Shown in pieces: positions 25,055-38,750 of a stretch of 64,000 nt of DNA (positions are counted from its first letter, which is position 1; every line of letters starts with the position of its first letter). Source of the DNA: Ostrea edulis. Its lineage: Eukaryota. Below the pieces are notes generated by a model, which did not search any database, was not told the origin of the DNA, and worked only from the letters and a program-made list of their open reading frames with translations. The position numbers and the translations under genes were made by a program. Location: NCBI RefSeq assembly GCF_947568905.1, contig NC_079170.1, positions 79,608,001-79,672,000 of the forward strand. The letters are read 5' to 3'.

Positions 25055-26727
25055 CATATTATATACTACAGGTATTATTGTGGACGGTGGGGTAAGGGGA
25101 ATTAAACATGAATGTAACAGTATATAGGCCTACATAAGAAAAGAACAGGTATTAAATCAGTTGGCTGTATGTTAAATAAGCAATAATTTAACTTCGTGTT
25201 TTGACATGGGTCCAAGATTGTATTAATCACAAATTGCAGCATGATAATAAGGATGTGAAGTGTAATTATGTAGTCTTAAATGTTAAGAATTGATTTATGT
25301 ATTGTGGGATCTTAAGCTGTAAGGATTAAATTATTAGGAGCTTCCTGTGACTTTTTAATTCTGATAATCCTTAATCTCACATGTTACAATCCTAAAGGTG
25401 TGTGATAACATTATATCATGTCTTTTGGGGGAGAGGATTTGTAGCATTGAAGAAGAGGTCCAATTAGACAAGTCTCTTATAAACTGTCATTTTCCTGATT
25501 TTTTTCTTTTTTTCTGTTTTTGGATTTATATGAAAAACTTGTAGTGATAGGGCATTTTCTTTCTTTCATGCATTTTGTGTCACAATGTTTGTATGTGTCT
25601 TTTAGTGATGAATTTTCTATCTATACACAGTGTGGTCAACAATGCACATTGCTGAAAAAAGCAGTGATAATGTGTTCTTATTCCTATATCAGTTGATATT
25701 TTACATGTACATGCACAAATGATTTGTACATTGTGATTGCAGATTTTTGAATTGAGATTTTTGTTTTGTGACTATACCAATGTTTTCATTGGCCTATCAT
25801 CCTCAGGATAAATTAGAATGTTATATACATGTCTGTTAACTTATTTTACATCTTCAGATAGCTTTTATACACCCATCATCAAGTTGTAAGGTGGGGGGGG
25901 GGGTGTATTTTGGAATCAGCATGTCCGACAACAAGCACTCTCTGCCCGTCCGGCTGAACGTCTGTAGACAAAATCATGGACAACCTTTTACAGACTTTAG
26001 GGCTGTTCTCACCTGATGGCCAGCAAAATTCAATTCATACTTGCTAATGACAAATCATACTTGCTAATGACACATCATGAAATGCTTCTTCTTACCCACG
26101 GTCCAGTTGCTGCTTCTGACCTACATTTTATGCTTCAATGACTCTGCTTCAAGGTATCATTTAGGTCTTTTCTCAGCTGATTACATGTGATAAATCATCA
26201 AGACTTGTCTGTGGCTAGAGATGTTCTACTTAAATTAAATGTGAGTTTGTCTATCAATATCTTACTACAAGATGAACACAAACAGATTCTGAAGTCTAAT
26301 TTTGGTTAGAAGATGTGTCATGAGGACCTGTCAATGCTTTAAGGACATAAGGATTGAAATATTTGTATAGGACATAATTTTGTTTAATGTTTGTTATTGA
26401 TAACTTGAGCTTCATCAAAAGGTTAGTCACAAGAAATGTAGTGTTCAAATATTCGGTTGTTCGGATGTAGCCAGTTTAGGGTTTATCATGTGAGGCTGTT
26501 TTCTGTGGAAGGGGGGTTAGTGTGGTTAGGACAGCTCTTGTTGATTTCAATGATTGTAAGATTTACCTGAATTGTTTCTTGTCCTGTGAATATTGTGAAA
26601 CACATGAACAAAGCTGCTTTAATCAGTATTCAATATCACAGAGACATCGTCTGTGTATCTCGGAGCAATTTTTTTTCGCTGTTTATGTTAATTAAAGAGA
26701 ATAAAAACAAGTATAATCGGATATTCT

Positions 26728-27735
26728 TCTGTTTGAAGAAAGAGAGGAGGTAAAGAAAGAGGGGGGAGGAGAGAGAGGGGGAGGAGAAAGAAGAGAGATG
26801 AGGTAAAGAAAGAGGAGGAGAAAGACGAGAGAGGGGTAAAGAAAAAGGGGGGAGGAGAAAGAAGAGAGAGGAGGTAAAGAAAGGGAAGGGAAGGAAAGAG
26901 AGAGGAGGTAAAGAAAGAGGGGGAGGAGAGAGAGGAGGTAAAGAAAAAGGAGAGAGAGGAGGTAAAGAAAAGGGGCAAGAAAGAGGAGAGGGGAGGTAAA
27001 GAAAAGGGGAAGAAAGAGGAGAGGGGAGGTAAAGAAAGAGGAGAGAGGAGGAAAAGGGGAAGAAAGAGGAGGTAAAGAAAAAGGGAAAGAAAGGAGAGAG
27101 AGGAGGGGAAGAAAGAGGAGGTAAAGAAAAAGGGGAGGAGAAAGAAGAGAGAGGAGGTAAAAAAAAAAGGGGGGGGGGGAAAGAAGAGAGGGGGTAAAGA
27201 GAAGAGAGAGGTGGTAAAGAGAAGAGAGAGGGGGTAAAATTGAAGAGAGAGGGGGTAACATGGAAAAGAGAAGGGTAAAATTGAAGAGAGAGGGGGTAAA
27301 GAGAAGAGAGGGAGAGGAGAAAGAAGAGAGAGGAAAGGAGAAAGAAGAGAGAGGGGGAGGAGAAAGAAAAGAGAGAGGGGGTAAAAAAAAAATAGTGGAG
27401 AGAGGGGGAGAAAAGAGAGGAAATAAAGATAAGAGAGAGGGGGTAAAATTGAAGAGAGAGGGGGTAAAGAGAAGAGAGAGGGAGAGGAGAAAGAAGAGAG
27501 AGGGGGAGGAGAAAGAAAAGAGAGAGGGTAAAGAGAAGAGGGAGGGGGTTAAAAACATAGTGGAGAGAGAGGGAAAAAAGAGGAGAGAGGGGGAGAAAAG
27601 AGAGGAGGTAAAGAAATAGCGGGGGTGGGGGGGGGTAAAGAAATAGGGAGAGAAGAGAGCGGTAGGAAAGAGAGAAGGTAAAGAAATAGTGGGAAGGAGG
27701 AGATAGAAGAGAAAAGAGGGAGGAAGTTACTAAAG
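26728..27735. repeat. ~1-kb purine-rich (G/A) low-complexity tract
   Basis: The + strand is almost entirely G/A, with recurring GAGGTAAAGAAA and GGGGGTAAAATTGAAGAGAGAG motifs. Confidence 0.92.
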
Positions 27736-30464
27736 AGCATGTGATATTAGGGTATGAGAAGTGCTCACTAGAGGAGAAATCTTGATTTCAAAATAGATCA
27801 AGTTTCTAAAGTACTGTACAAAGGTAGGCGTGCCTTTATTGATAAGTACTTGGTAAATGCACACGGAAGTCGGGAACATTTCAAGCACTTTCACTGTTTT
27901 GATCCGAATGAGCTCTCGGTGCCTAGCTATTTTTAATTGATTTATTAGCCATTTGCTGAACAAAATAGACATTAATTCCTTATTCAAACAATTTTTCTTC
28001 AATCAACATGAAGAAAAAAAAGGAGGGGAGAGAAAAAAGACCTGAAAGTTTGGTAACCAACATTCGAGGAACTGTTAAAAAGAGTCCGGTTTTCTGGTGT
28101 CGCACGGATTCTCGTGATTTTAGGATGAGAAGCCTGGAATGTCTGTATACAATGTATATTCCCGAGTTTCCCCTTATTTTTCCCTCTCTCAACCATTTTT
28201 ATCATGCCATAAGAACGCGTTTTAAAACTTTTCATAAGATGAAAATCATATTCATATCAAAAATATTGATTTTTGATATGCATACACTGTACATGTACAT
28301 TATGTTACAGCAATTACAATGTAGTATCTCCCTCGTTTCGTGTTCTTTACTTCCACACACAAAAACATACACCATTGTACGCTGAATCTGACGACTATCA
28401 AAATTAGAACAAGACACTTTTTTAAATCTAAAAATTGCAACAGGAATGTCTTTATCAAATAAATTTCTAAATTGAAAAATACATTGTACACTGCAATTGC
28501 AACATGCATACCTTTTATCAAATCAAGCAATGCGGTTTTTTTTTCTTTTTTAAGATTTAAAATATGAATATCTTTTATTAAATCAAATAATGCAGTTTTA
28601 TTTAGATCCATCTTTTCTGCTAAAACAATATCTTGCGGAAATATTGATTTCGTATGATCAACTTTGGTAGCAGTCCAATCTGTTCTTCAATGTAGCTTGC
28701 AATAAAAGAGAAATATTTTGTCGCAATTCTAAAAGCCGCAAAAAACGTAATGTCAATATTATTTCAAGATTAGAAACAAAACTGTATGTTTGGGTAGATA
28801 TATTATTTAAACATATCGATGGTGAAATGAAAGACTTGGTTAGAGTGGGTTAAACGGGCGATGAAATTTAACTCGCGAGCGGACGAGATTAAAATCTGTT
28901 CCGTCATACTGCATTTAAAAGGTATTTAAAAATTCAGTAATTTGTTTATATTCTTAATTAGCATTGCATTGTATGTTAAAGATTTGCCTGTTTGTTTCTG
29001 ACACGGTAAATTGCCTCTTTGTAATTGTTACCTTAGAACGACCTTCCTGTTACAATTTTTTAATTGTATCAAACCTTGAGTAAATCACGTGATATATAGA
29101 TACATGTAAGTTGCTTAATCATCTTTATCCAGGATTAAATTAAATTTTAGTGGTATCTTTTTTATGCAGATTTCCGCCAATTAACCTGCAGACATATATT
29201 GATAATGTTTGTTAGAAATTGCAGAATATTTGCTATTCTTTATGCTTATGAAACTAATTTTTTTGTTTCTGTGTATATATGTAGTTTAATTTTGAATTAA
29301 CTGTTTCCAGCAACCAAATGATTGAAAATACCCGTGGCCATTTTCACAAACAGAAATTCTCCAGGACTAAGACTGAAATTTAGAAACACTGTAATTTTAT
29401 TATACACGTCTCTTGCATATTGATTTAGAGACAAAAAGATAACCTTAGGGATAAGATGTTTTGTGAAAAAGACTCTTGATTACTATAAGTTAGTGCAGAA
29501 GTTTGCAAACCCGAGGTGTTAACATGGCTGTTGTGTAACTGTGGCCTCGGAGTATGTGGACGGGGGAGAGGGGAGGGGGGTGTAAATCAGGACTATGGAC
29601 CGAAGAACAGCCATCCATATTCTAGATAACTCGCAAACACATTCATGTATACATAGTAATCCTCCAGGTCCGGAAACGCTCCTCGCAAAAAGAATATTAC
29701 ATCATTCGAGAATAAACATTTTAAATGTTTCAGGTGCACAGAGACTGTCTGAATTAATCATAATGGCAATCTGAAATATCTCCATTTTTTTTTTCTTTGA
29801 GGAGGTTGCATGATTTCAATTCACATGTTTCGTTTTTCAAAGAGCAATTGTGTGTTGCTAACATATCAGAGAATGTGTAAACTTGATATTTCTTAACGGA
29901 AAGTCGAGATAACTTTAGATTGGGAATCTTAGATTAAAATGGAACTTATCTAAGTTACTGATATGACAATTAAAAACAGAATTACATTTCAGATTTTATG
30001 AATATCTCAATATTTAATATATACATGTAGTTGTGACATTAGTCCTTTTTTCAGCCTAGGACGGTGCACAATCTATATGTTTATGATGTTTGTCTTGTTG
30101 CGCGATCTTAAGAACCGTCTGGTTAGATAGTATAAACCGTGGGTATATTCTGGGGAGGAAGTGTTGAACCACTTTCTCTATGTAGTTGATTTACAGCTCT
30201 TCAGCTTAATAAAGGAGAGGGGATTCAAAAACTACCCACTTCATTCTTACGTACGCTAAGTCCTCCTTATGTGGACTTTGAATGTACATTTTTGGTGAAT
30301 CATAAATTTGAAAATTGTCCTCAGCATTCTTATGACTCTCACAAAATTTTGACTAATGCATGTCAGCTGAACATTTACGGTACTTATAAATTCCACTGCT
30401 ACATGCAATCATAATGTGAAAAAAGATACCCTTAATATCACCCCGAATGGCGATCATTATAGAT

Positions 30465-30734
30465 TGATTGATTAATTAATTACTGTTTAACATCCCTCTC
30501 GAGAATATTTCACTCATATGGAGACGTCACCACTGCCGATTAAGGGCTGCAAAATTTCGGCCTATGCTCGAAGCTTATGGCCATTGAGCAAGGAGGGATC
30601 TTTACCGTGCCACACCTGCTGTGACACGGGACCTCGGTTTCTGCCGTCTCATTCGAAGGACCGCCCCATTTAGTCGCCTCTTAGAACAAGCAAGGGGGTA
30701 CTGAGGACCTCTTCTAACCCGGATCCTCCACGGG
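30465..30734 (-). mobile_element. Bivalve SINE-like repeat, full copy
   Basis: Reverse complement colinear with 7946-8207, including the (ATTG)n tail. Confidence 0.88.
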
Positions 30735-33527
30735 AGCGATGATTATAGATAGTAATAGCTGTATAGTATGCTATGTAATGATTATTGCACATGACTTGTG
30801 GTCCAAAGATATGCAAACATTGACGCCATCGCATCGTCTGTGATGGATATGTCTTGGAGATGGTCTATATCAAAACAAACACGATAGACGTCACAAGATT
30901 TCATTAGAAAATAGTTTGAATAATATATATCTTAATTTCTTTTTAAGGTTCACATCTTTAAGGTTAAGGGTGTCAATTTGCTCTCCGTAAGTTTCCCACT
31001 TCTATCAGCCAGTGCGCTTCTAAATGTATTTTAATTATTTAAAAGCCATAGAAAGATCCGTTCGCATTGCTCGAATATATACGTAAGTATTATTTTTCAA
31101 AAAGCGTCAATTTGCAGCGCAGTTGATGCCATCTAACCTATTGTTCACTGCACGTAGTATCAGTCCGAAATGGGAGACCCGATGAATGGTTCTGTTTGCA
31201 CCCATTCTACATCAAGAAACGCCCTCTCGATGACCTTCAAACTTAACAACATGAAAGGTGGACTCGTCGTGTTCTCTCTATTTGCCAAAAATACATCACT
31301 ACCGCCAACTGTTTTATTTTATTTTGAGATTATTTTCAGTCTTTGCAGAAATCTGGGGTTTGATAGAAAGGAAAACATTTCTTATTTTGGAGATCGTGGA
31401 AATAAATTGAATATTTCTGCAGGTTTCGCTGTACAAACAGATGTGTGTGGCCTTTATTTCTGACGCTATTCAACATGTATTAATCGTTTAAGCAGATCTG
31501 TATCAAAAGAAGAGAAATAAATTCAAATGATGTTATCAACGCCAGGCTTGCGCCTCCTGGTCACGTAGAATTTGTAGTTTTTGCTTGTTCTTCCCGTAAA
31601 CACTGCAATATTAATAGATCTACCGCAAAATGAGCAATGAATTCATCAAAAAAAAAAAAAAAAAAAAAAAGGATAAACATGGTTTCATTCAGTTCAACGT
31701 AAATCGCTCCGATTTTGATCAAGTATTTAAGACCGATGACACATAAGATACTAGGCGGCAATCTGATTTTCCGCCATTGTTTTTTTTTTAAACATATCAT
31801 TTTTAAACTCTGGTAGATCTACCCCTCAATTGATAATAGAAATTACTGACACGTGAGATGATCCATTTTTAATCCCAATATTTATTTATTCCTTGTAGGT
31901 TATTCCAACAGATCTCAAATATTTCATCAATGTTCCTTATCTCAAAATGACCACAACGACCAATTTCTAAACCGTTCTATGTGAACTTTAATTTGGTTAC
32001 AAAGTTTGCGTGGATCGACTGTTTTCATTTTCGATAAGGCGGATAAGATGAAGCAAATCAAACGCTGAAGAAGTAGTGTTTCAATTTTAATGCCACTTGA
32101 CCCGGTGAAGAAAATATTTTAACTATGTCTTAGACAGAAATCCAGATTTGACATAGAACCATGTACAGCTATACGATAAGGACTAATCTACTCTATAATT
32201 CATCAATGTACATGTATACCCGGTTTTTCTTCAGTCTCGCTTTATTCAGTTTGAGAGACAGCAAGTCTCGGCACGGTAATTTCAACATTTCTGCATGCAT
32301 TAACATAATTTCTCTCAATTATAAGCTCCTCTTTTATCAAACCAGAGGGGGGGAAAATCAGATTTAAGCCGTGACATAGTATCACTGTTTCCTATGCGGT
32401 AATTTGCGCCAATTTTCCTCGGGTTCAGAGCCATTGTCAGAATGTGGACCATCAGTTACATCTCGCGTCCATTATCCAACGGTATTTGTAGATGATATTA
32501 GAAAATTTAAATGTATACAGGATTTCTTCTTTTTTTTCTATAGGCAAAACACAGACGTAAAGAAAGACTCTCAACAATAGATTCAATTGCGTATATACAC
32601 CTGCACTTTTAAAAACATAGGCGACGACATCGGAGCGCTTTCTCCTGTCAAAAGGAGTGGTGTGGCGCATCCCGGAGATTTAATCCTTATCGATAATATG
32701 TACCTTTAGTATATATGTATGTGTGTGTGTATGCGATTAATTTGTAATACAGGAATTCTATATTTTACCGAAGACTGCAGGTCCGCGCAGGTATCAGCCA
32801 ATCGGAGAGAAAATTAAATAACAGGTATAATATAGATTGAATAACCGTCTTCATGCAGACGGTCGACCCGGACTGTGGATTCAGGTTTATATTGGAGGGA
32901 ACCGGTCTGTCCAATTCCTGACAGGCCACGGACTGTGTATTACGAAGACCTCAAAGGTCAGGAATTTAAAAATGAATGAAGAGGAGAAATGAAGTAGAGA
33001 AAAGGTCCTTCAATCGATAACGAGACAGGAGTATCCAACAACCAGGGCAGTCAGGAAAGGCGTTCCAGTAGCGGGTGTCCGAGTTAATTGATCTATCGAC
33101 GTGTAGGAATATTGTGTTTGAATGGGGGTATAACCTATAAAATCCGAGGATAAATGGTCGTGGGGTTAACGCGATTTAACTTCTATAGTCATTTGGAGAG
33201 TCGCCAACATATCGATCTAAAACACATGTTATTATAAATGGCTGCGATAGCAGTAGGGTGGAATTTTTATATATGGTGACAACTGTCGTGTGTTTGGCAT
33301 CGTGTGAATACCGAGGTTCGGATATCAAAAGATTTCCCGATAGGAGAAGCTTCGGGGAGGGCGAGGTGTTCCGGAGGACGGTTTTTTCTTCTCTCGCACC
33401 CGATACATGTTAAGGACAAACTGCACGAGCATTTTGGTATTTGTGTTTACAAGACTAAGATCATTCATGATAGATCATGTAGAAGAAAATATCGAACGAA
33501 ACATTAAAGGTAAGATTTGAATTCACA

Positions 33528-35108
33528 ATGGAGGAAGATCGACCGACTTTCAAAAGTACTCTGCTATGGCAGGTGAACTGCAATTCTGTGATGCATCCTA
33601 CTCCGCGGCGGACAATTGCCACCCGTGATCCGGAATACCTACCACCGGAAGTACACGAAAACGTAGAGGATAAGACATTTTACGCATCCGAGACCCAGCT
33701 TCCTCCGTCACGACCGCTAAGTTATAAGTACGACCCTGGAGAGACGAGTGATAATGTCACCCCTGGTAGGCTACTGAAGCTTGATCATCTTGATTGTCAA
33801 TTTACGGACGAACCGCACGAGATTCACACGCGTGAGTACAGAATTGACAGTGGTTATGATGATTCCAGTCATGTGTCGTCTGATAGTAGTCAGGAGATCG
33901 TGCCTCAAGCAGACGACAGGTCAGAGTCGCCGGATATCGAGGACAGGATGATCCGGGCGGAACAAAAACTAGTGAAGAGGAACAGTCGTCGAGTGGAGAC
34001 TGTTCACGTTGAAAACCACAAACCACCGCGTGTTTCTTCTTTTGAGGAATCTCCAAGTGAGGGTCAATTTGACGGTGACCATGCTTCGAAAATGAAATAC
34101 ACAAACGTTCAAGCACTTACTGCGATGGCTCGGAAACTCTCTCGTCCGGTCCTCCGAAAAGATGAGGAATCGACATCATTTGAGGAAGAGTCATATGACA
34201 TCTCTGCATGGACAAACGGAAGCGCTTCCACGGACTCGCCACGCAGTGACACCACTTGTGAATTCGATAAATTTTCTGAAGTTACTGTAGAGACTAGGAA
34301 AGCCTCAAAACCTATTGTAAGAGACCTTGACCTCACTCCGGAAAAAACCAGATCTAGGTCAATAACCACGAAGCAGGTCCTCTCCCCCACCGTCCCCGCT
34401 CTCTCGCCAAACAGAAACAAATTCTCATTTTCTAGAAGTCTGAGCACAGCCTCCAGTTACTCTTCATCCTCCGAGGCCACAACCCCGAGTTACGTGCCTG
34501 ATCCCTGCTTCCGGTGTAGCAAGCAAGTCTATCAGCTGGACAAGGTTGGACCAGTGAGGCGCGTGTTGTATCACAAAATGTGTTTTCGTTGTTCAGAATG
34601 TAATACTGCTTTGACATTGAAAAACTTTTGTTCAAACGCTAACGATAAAAATGACAAGCATGTTTACTGCAAGAAGCATCAGCCGCAACAGGAGAAAGCC
34701 CACGTGGACATAGAGGACCGGAACATTAACATCGCTCTGAACAATCCAAAACTGGGCCGGGTTAACACGAACATTCGCGGCTCCGATGAAGATAAAGCCA
34801 AAGGAATGAATCAAAGGCCAATCTACGTCAGAGGAGCTAGTATTCCGAAATTAGACATCGTGTGCGGAAACCAATACGGATTTAGTTACACCGGTGGACA
34901 TCCTGTAGAGCATGACGCTGGTACACTGAACCCAAAGCCAATGCGAATCACGAGTCCGAGGGAAATGAATCTAGAGGAAGTAGAACCAAAGCGAGTCTGG
35001 ACGAGGTCCGCCATTAACGCTGCCAGCCTCGATTTAAGTGCACCGATTTCCGGAAGAAGTGCTCACCACTTCTATTCCTATGGAACCTCAGCATTTAACC
35101 ATTTATGA
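33528..35108 (+). CDS. Intronless 526-aa protein: long Ser/acidic low-complexity N-terminus plus one LIM domain resembling the Hillarin/KY-type LIM
   Basis: 1581-nt ORF in AT-rich DNA; LIM Cys/His spacing C-x2-C...H-x2-C-x2-C-x2-C...C-x2-H (CFRCSKQVYQLDKVGPVRRVLYHKMCFRCSECNTALTLKNF...VYCKKH), followed by DIEDRNINIALNNPKLGRVNTNIRG. Confidence 0.85.
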   Translation: MEEDRPTFKSTLLWQVNCNSVMHPTPRRTIATRDPEYLPPEVHENVEDKTFYASETQLPPSRPLSYKYDPGETSDNVTPGRLLKLDHLDCQFTDEPHEIHTREYRIDSGYDDSSHVSSDSSQEIVPQADDRSESPDIEDRMIRAEQKLVKRNSRRVETVHVENHKPPRVSSFEESPSEGQFDGDHASKMKYTNVQALTAMARKLSRPVLRKDEESTSFEEESYDISAWTNGSASTDSPRSDTTCEFDKFSEVTVETRKASKPIVRDLDLTPEKTRSRSITTKQVLSPTVPALSPNRNKFSFSRSLSTASSYSSSSEATTPSYVPDPCFRCSKQVYQLDKVGPVRRVLYHKMCFRCSECNTALTLKNFCSNANDKNDKHVYCKKHQPQQEKAHVDIEDRNINIALNNPKLGRVNTNIRGSDEDKAKGMNQRPIYVRGASIPKLDIVCGNQYGFSYTGGHPVEHDAGTLNPKPMRITSPREMNLEEVEPKRVWTRSAINAASLDLSAPISGRSAHHFYSYGTSAFNHL

Positions 35109-36483
35109 TATTATATGATTACTTGTTGAAATTGTAACCTTTGTTTTCTGCTACGCTATACACAAATGTGTTCCCCTATTATGATAGCTTAAATGCGCAA
35201 TGTATACTTACTTCATAACAGCCAAAGGATGCGTATATTGATTGAGATTTGGTATTTTTTATATATATTATATAATTTATCAGACTGTTCTGTGATAACA
35301 TAATTAAACATATACATGTACTATGAATATAAGCATTAGGATAAAAGAGTATTAAGTATGATTGATATGTTTCATTCTTTAAAACTTAACAAATGTAAGC
35401 CGAATCAGCATGCTTTTTATCGAAATATCTTCACATGGAAACAAAACATCTCAACACACGATCACTAGCTTGTTGAAATATTCATATCTATAAAGAAATG
35501 TTTGAAATTATTAGGAGAGTTTTGATTGGCTACTTTTTATTAGAGGAAAATATGTCTTGTTAGTTTGTTTGATGGGGTACAGAAATAACGGAAGTCATTT
35601 ATACTATTATTATGTGCTTTTGTTGTTTATATAAACCTCATAATACAAACTAACTCTACATTTATGCATTATATTTATAGTATGCAAAATTCAAAATATA
35701 TACATCTTTATATTTTTCTTACAAAGTAAACCTCTGAATAGCAAACGATTATATTCAATGGACCAAACGTTGGTAATTGTGAATATTGGAGGAATCGGCT
35801 TAGTAAGACTGGAAGATATTCATTTTCACGAGCTAAAGAAATGTGATTTAACCAAAAATGAATAAAACGGAAATACATTGTTTGAAATTGTACAACATCC
35901 TAATTATGCCCCTGTTGCTTGAAATCCCCCTGCTATGATCAAAACACTGATGTGAAAACATGTACATATTATATGTGTGTTTACTCCATGCTAACACCCC
36001 CAATTAATACAATAGTGTGAATATACCACCAATGTGCAGTGTTTATAAGCGTATTATCTCGGGCAAATCAGTCCTGTTACTTGCTTAAACTCAATGACGT
36101 TTCATTTCCACTACTTACTAAGATATACGTATATATTTATACAAAAATTACTGAAATAAATCCTATTATTGTTGTATGTACCACGGCTGTTTTGTGTTTT
36201 TTTCTTTTTCAATCCACATAAAGTCCATTTCCGGTTACAACTTTGTACTACCACAATCCTGGAATTTAACCATACAGTTTTATGCCTGGTTTCTGTCTTT
36301 ACAATGAATATAGGGTTAGTGTCGATCGAAGCAGAGGAACAGCTACGTCGGAATCCATGAGTTTACAATCAGCGTCACTTTTAAAAATAGAAATCATCAG
36401 CTATATGTTAGAACTGCTTTGTCCGAAATATTAAAATGTAATTAACAACTTCTCTCGAAACAGTACCAGAGACTCACTAGTCC

Positions 36484-36497
36484 CCACTAGGTGGCAC
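36484..36497 (+). promoter_or_regulatory. Candidate CTCF-binding motif CCACTAGGTGGCAC
   Basis: Matches the CTCF core consensus CCRCYAGRKGGCRC; binding not shown. Confidence 0.4.
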
Positions 36498-38750
36498 TGC
36501 TTTTGGTTATTCGCTAGTCTACACTGGCGGTGCTAGCAGAATGAGGAATTATAGCCGTTTCATGAGGACTGAGGAGTAACAAAAGCTAGATATTTCCTCG
36601 GTATATTCGTGTAGAAAGCTGTGGGGTTTTATCCAGGCCACGCAGTAGGTACGGGGAAAATTTCTCGAACGTGAATTTACATAAGATTTGCAGTGGTGTC
36701 CTTTGCTTCTTGACCCCGTCCTATTTGGCGACTGAAACACTTCGAATTCCCTCCAGATTATTTCATTTCTCTGCAAACCGGATCAGTTTTCGTTCCGTCT
36801 TAAATTTCAAGGTTTATATTTCATATTGTGTGAATGCTATACGTGATCATATTTTTACGCTTGTTCTCAAAAGCAAAGCGATGACGAAAATCAAAGAGAC
36901 CCCAACTTTTTTCAGTTATTTAACTTTTCTCTGTCTTTTGAGGAATTTGAATCCACTTTCCCCAACGATTTATATTGTGCTCAATATGGGTGTGGCTGCA
37001 ATGGATTAAATATATTTTTAAAAATCAAAATATATATCATTACAGACAGATAAATGACACACAGGATCAGACGTTAAAATCTGACTTCTTTGTTGTTAAA
37101 CTGTTCCGATATTTAATCTTTAAGTGCTAAACTTGTCAACCGTTTTATTATTTGTATTTATCTTTCGCTTTCTCCCGTCTAGTTCTTTCAATACCAACAG
37201 GCATGCAATCCAGGGCATCTTAGGACTAGATGATTAATCATACATGTACATCAGGCTCATTTTCAAAGTTTATGTTGCAACACGTCTCGAAATAAGAAAG
37301 AAAAGTCATAAAAATCTCCAGTCTCTAGCAACCCTAAAATTAAAAGCAGAATTTTTGAAGCTGCATCTCAAATTGATTTAAACTTTATCATTATAACGTC
37401 AGTATATCTTAAATGTACATCTTCGTCCTACGATGCTAGGGACAGGATACCGACAGTTTCCAATACCGAAAATGTGTACCACATGACGCTTAAAACAAGA
37501 CGGAAGTCTATAGACGATTCTGTGATAGGAAATCCAATGTACAGAGTTAACTTGATGCGGGCACCGTTTATAGAAATAAGCTGGTGCAAACCCTGTATAG
37601 ATTGGCGAGTCATTGACAAAATTATTCTATACAGATATTTGAAGCATTATTCTGTGGGGGTGTTGGGGTGTTTGGTTTTATTATTATTTTTATTTTTGGA
37701 GGGGGTGTTGTTTTTAATTTGGGAGGGGGTGGGGGTTAACGTTATGAGTCGCTGATGACAGCATCATGGTTACATATCATCCGCTTCAAGGTTTTGTGGT
37801 TACATGCACGTAACATACATTGTGTGGATGGGTTACTATTGAAGAGGGCGGGGAATCGTTTTATTCATGAAAACGTAACGGTTCTCTTGCGTATCATGAT
37901 ACGCTCGCTAAAATGTATTTTGAAATAACACTGTAGTCTGCATATTGAAACATCTTATCTTTAGTGATCTGTAGAATTGAGAAAGAAAAGACCTCGATCT
38001 AAATGAACTAAGTTCCTATCTTGTATAAGTTTTAGGTTCCTTTCGTGTCTTGAGATTTTCTATACATAGTTCGAGCTGTAAGCGAGATAACCCCGGACTA
38101 CGATACACAATAATATTAGCACCAGACCATTAAATCGACTTGTCTATTTTCCATTGTACACGATCAGTATCAATGTACTTATTACTCCCAAAGTTTATAC
38201 CACGGCTATACAAACAACTAGAAATAAATATTACGTGTTTAATAGTGCCACCCCCTACCCCAGTTCACTTGTCTGGACAATCAGTGGAACAGCCAAACAG
38301 TTCACTTCTCTAGACAGCCCGTGATAACGGCCAGACACTCGCCATTCTCTTCAGCATCACTCACATTTCACAATAAGTGGAACATTTTCATTTATACAAG
38401 TTTACCAAATCTTATGTGCATTTTCGTTTCAACAATAATTATTTTTCATTAATCAAAAGAATAAAAGGAATAATTATTTTTCATTCAATAAATGAATGAG
38501 AATTTGGAAACAAGCGCGTGACGAGTTACGCAGTTCGGCTTTCTGGGAAGATAGCTAGAGGATGTTGAATAAAACTTATAATCCATGAATATGACCAAAG
38601 TGCATTTAGATATAAAAAAAAAAATTGGGGGGTGGTGGTGATATTATAATTATATTTACACACGTTCCCATATTCTTTTACTTCTGAACCCGCTTTGCAT
38701 GCATACACATGTATATAGGTGATTTACAAATAACATTTAATTTCAAAATT

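Noticed and set aside
26688-27740. 288-aa Leu/Pro/Ser/Phe ORF and Glu/Arg/Lys ORF
   Set aside because: Artefacts of the purine-rich low-complexity tract, which lacks stop codons.
33802-34814. Antisense ORFs within the LIM gene (and similar ones within the TRIM gene at 53870-55065)
   Set aside because: Shadow ORFs of real coding sequence.
35110-38750. Search for olfactomedin-domain exons downstream of the collagen-Ig gene
   Set aside because: No exon-like - strand segment with OLF motifs was seen by eye, and exon 8 has an in-frame stop directly after Ig2.
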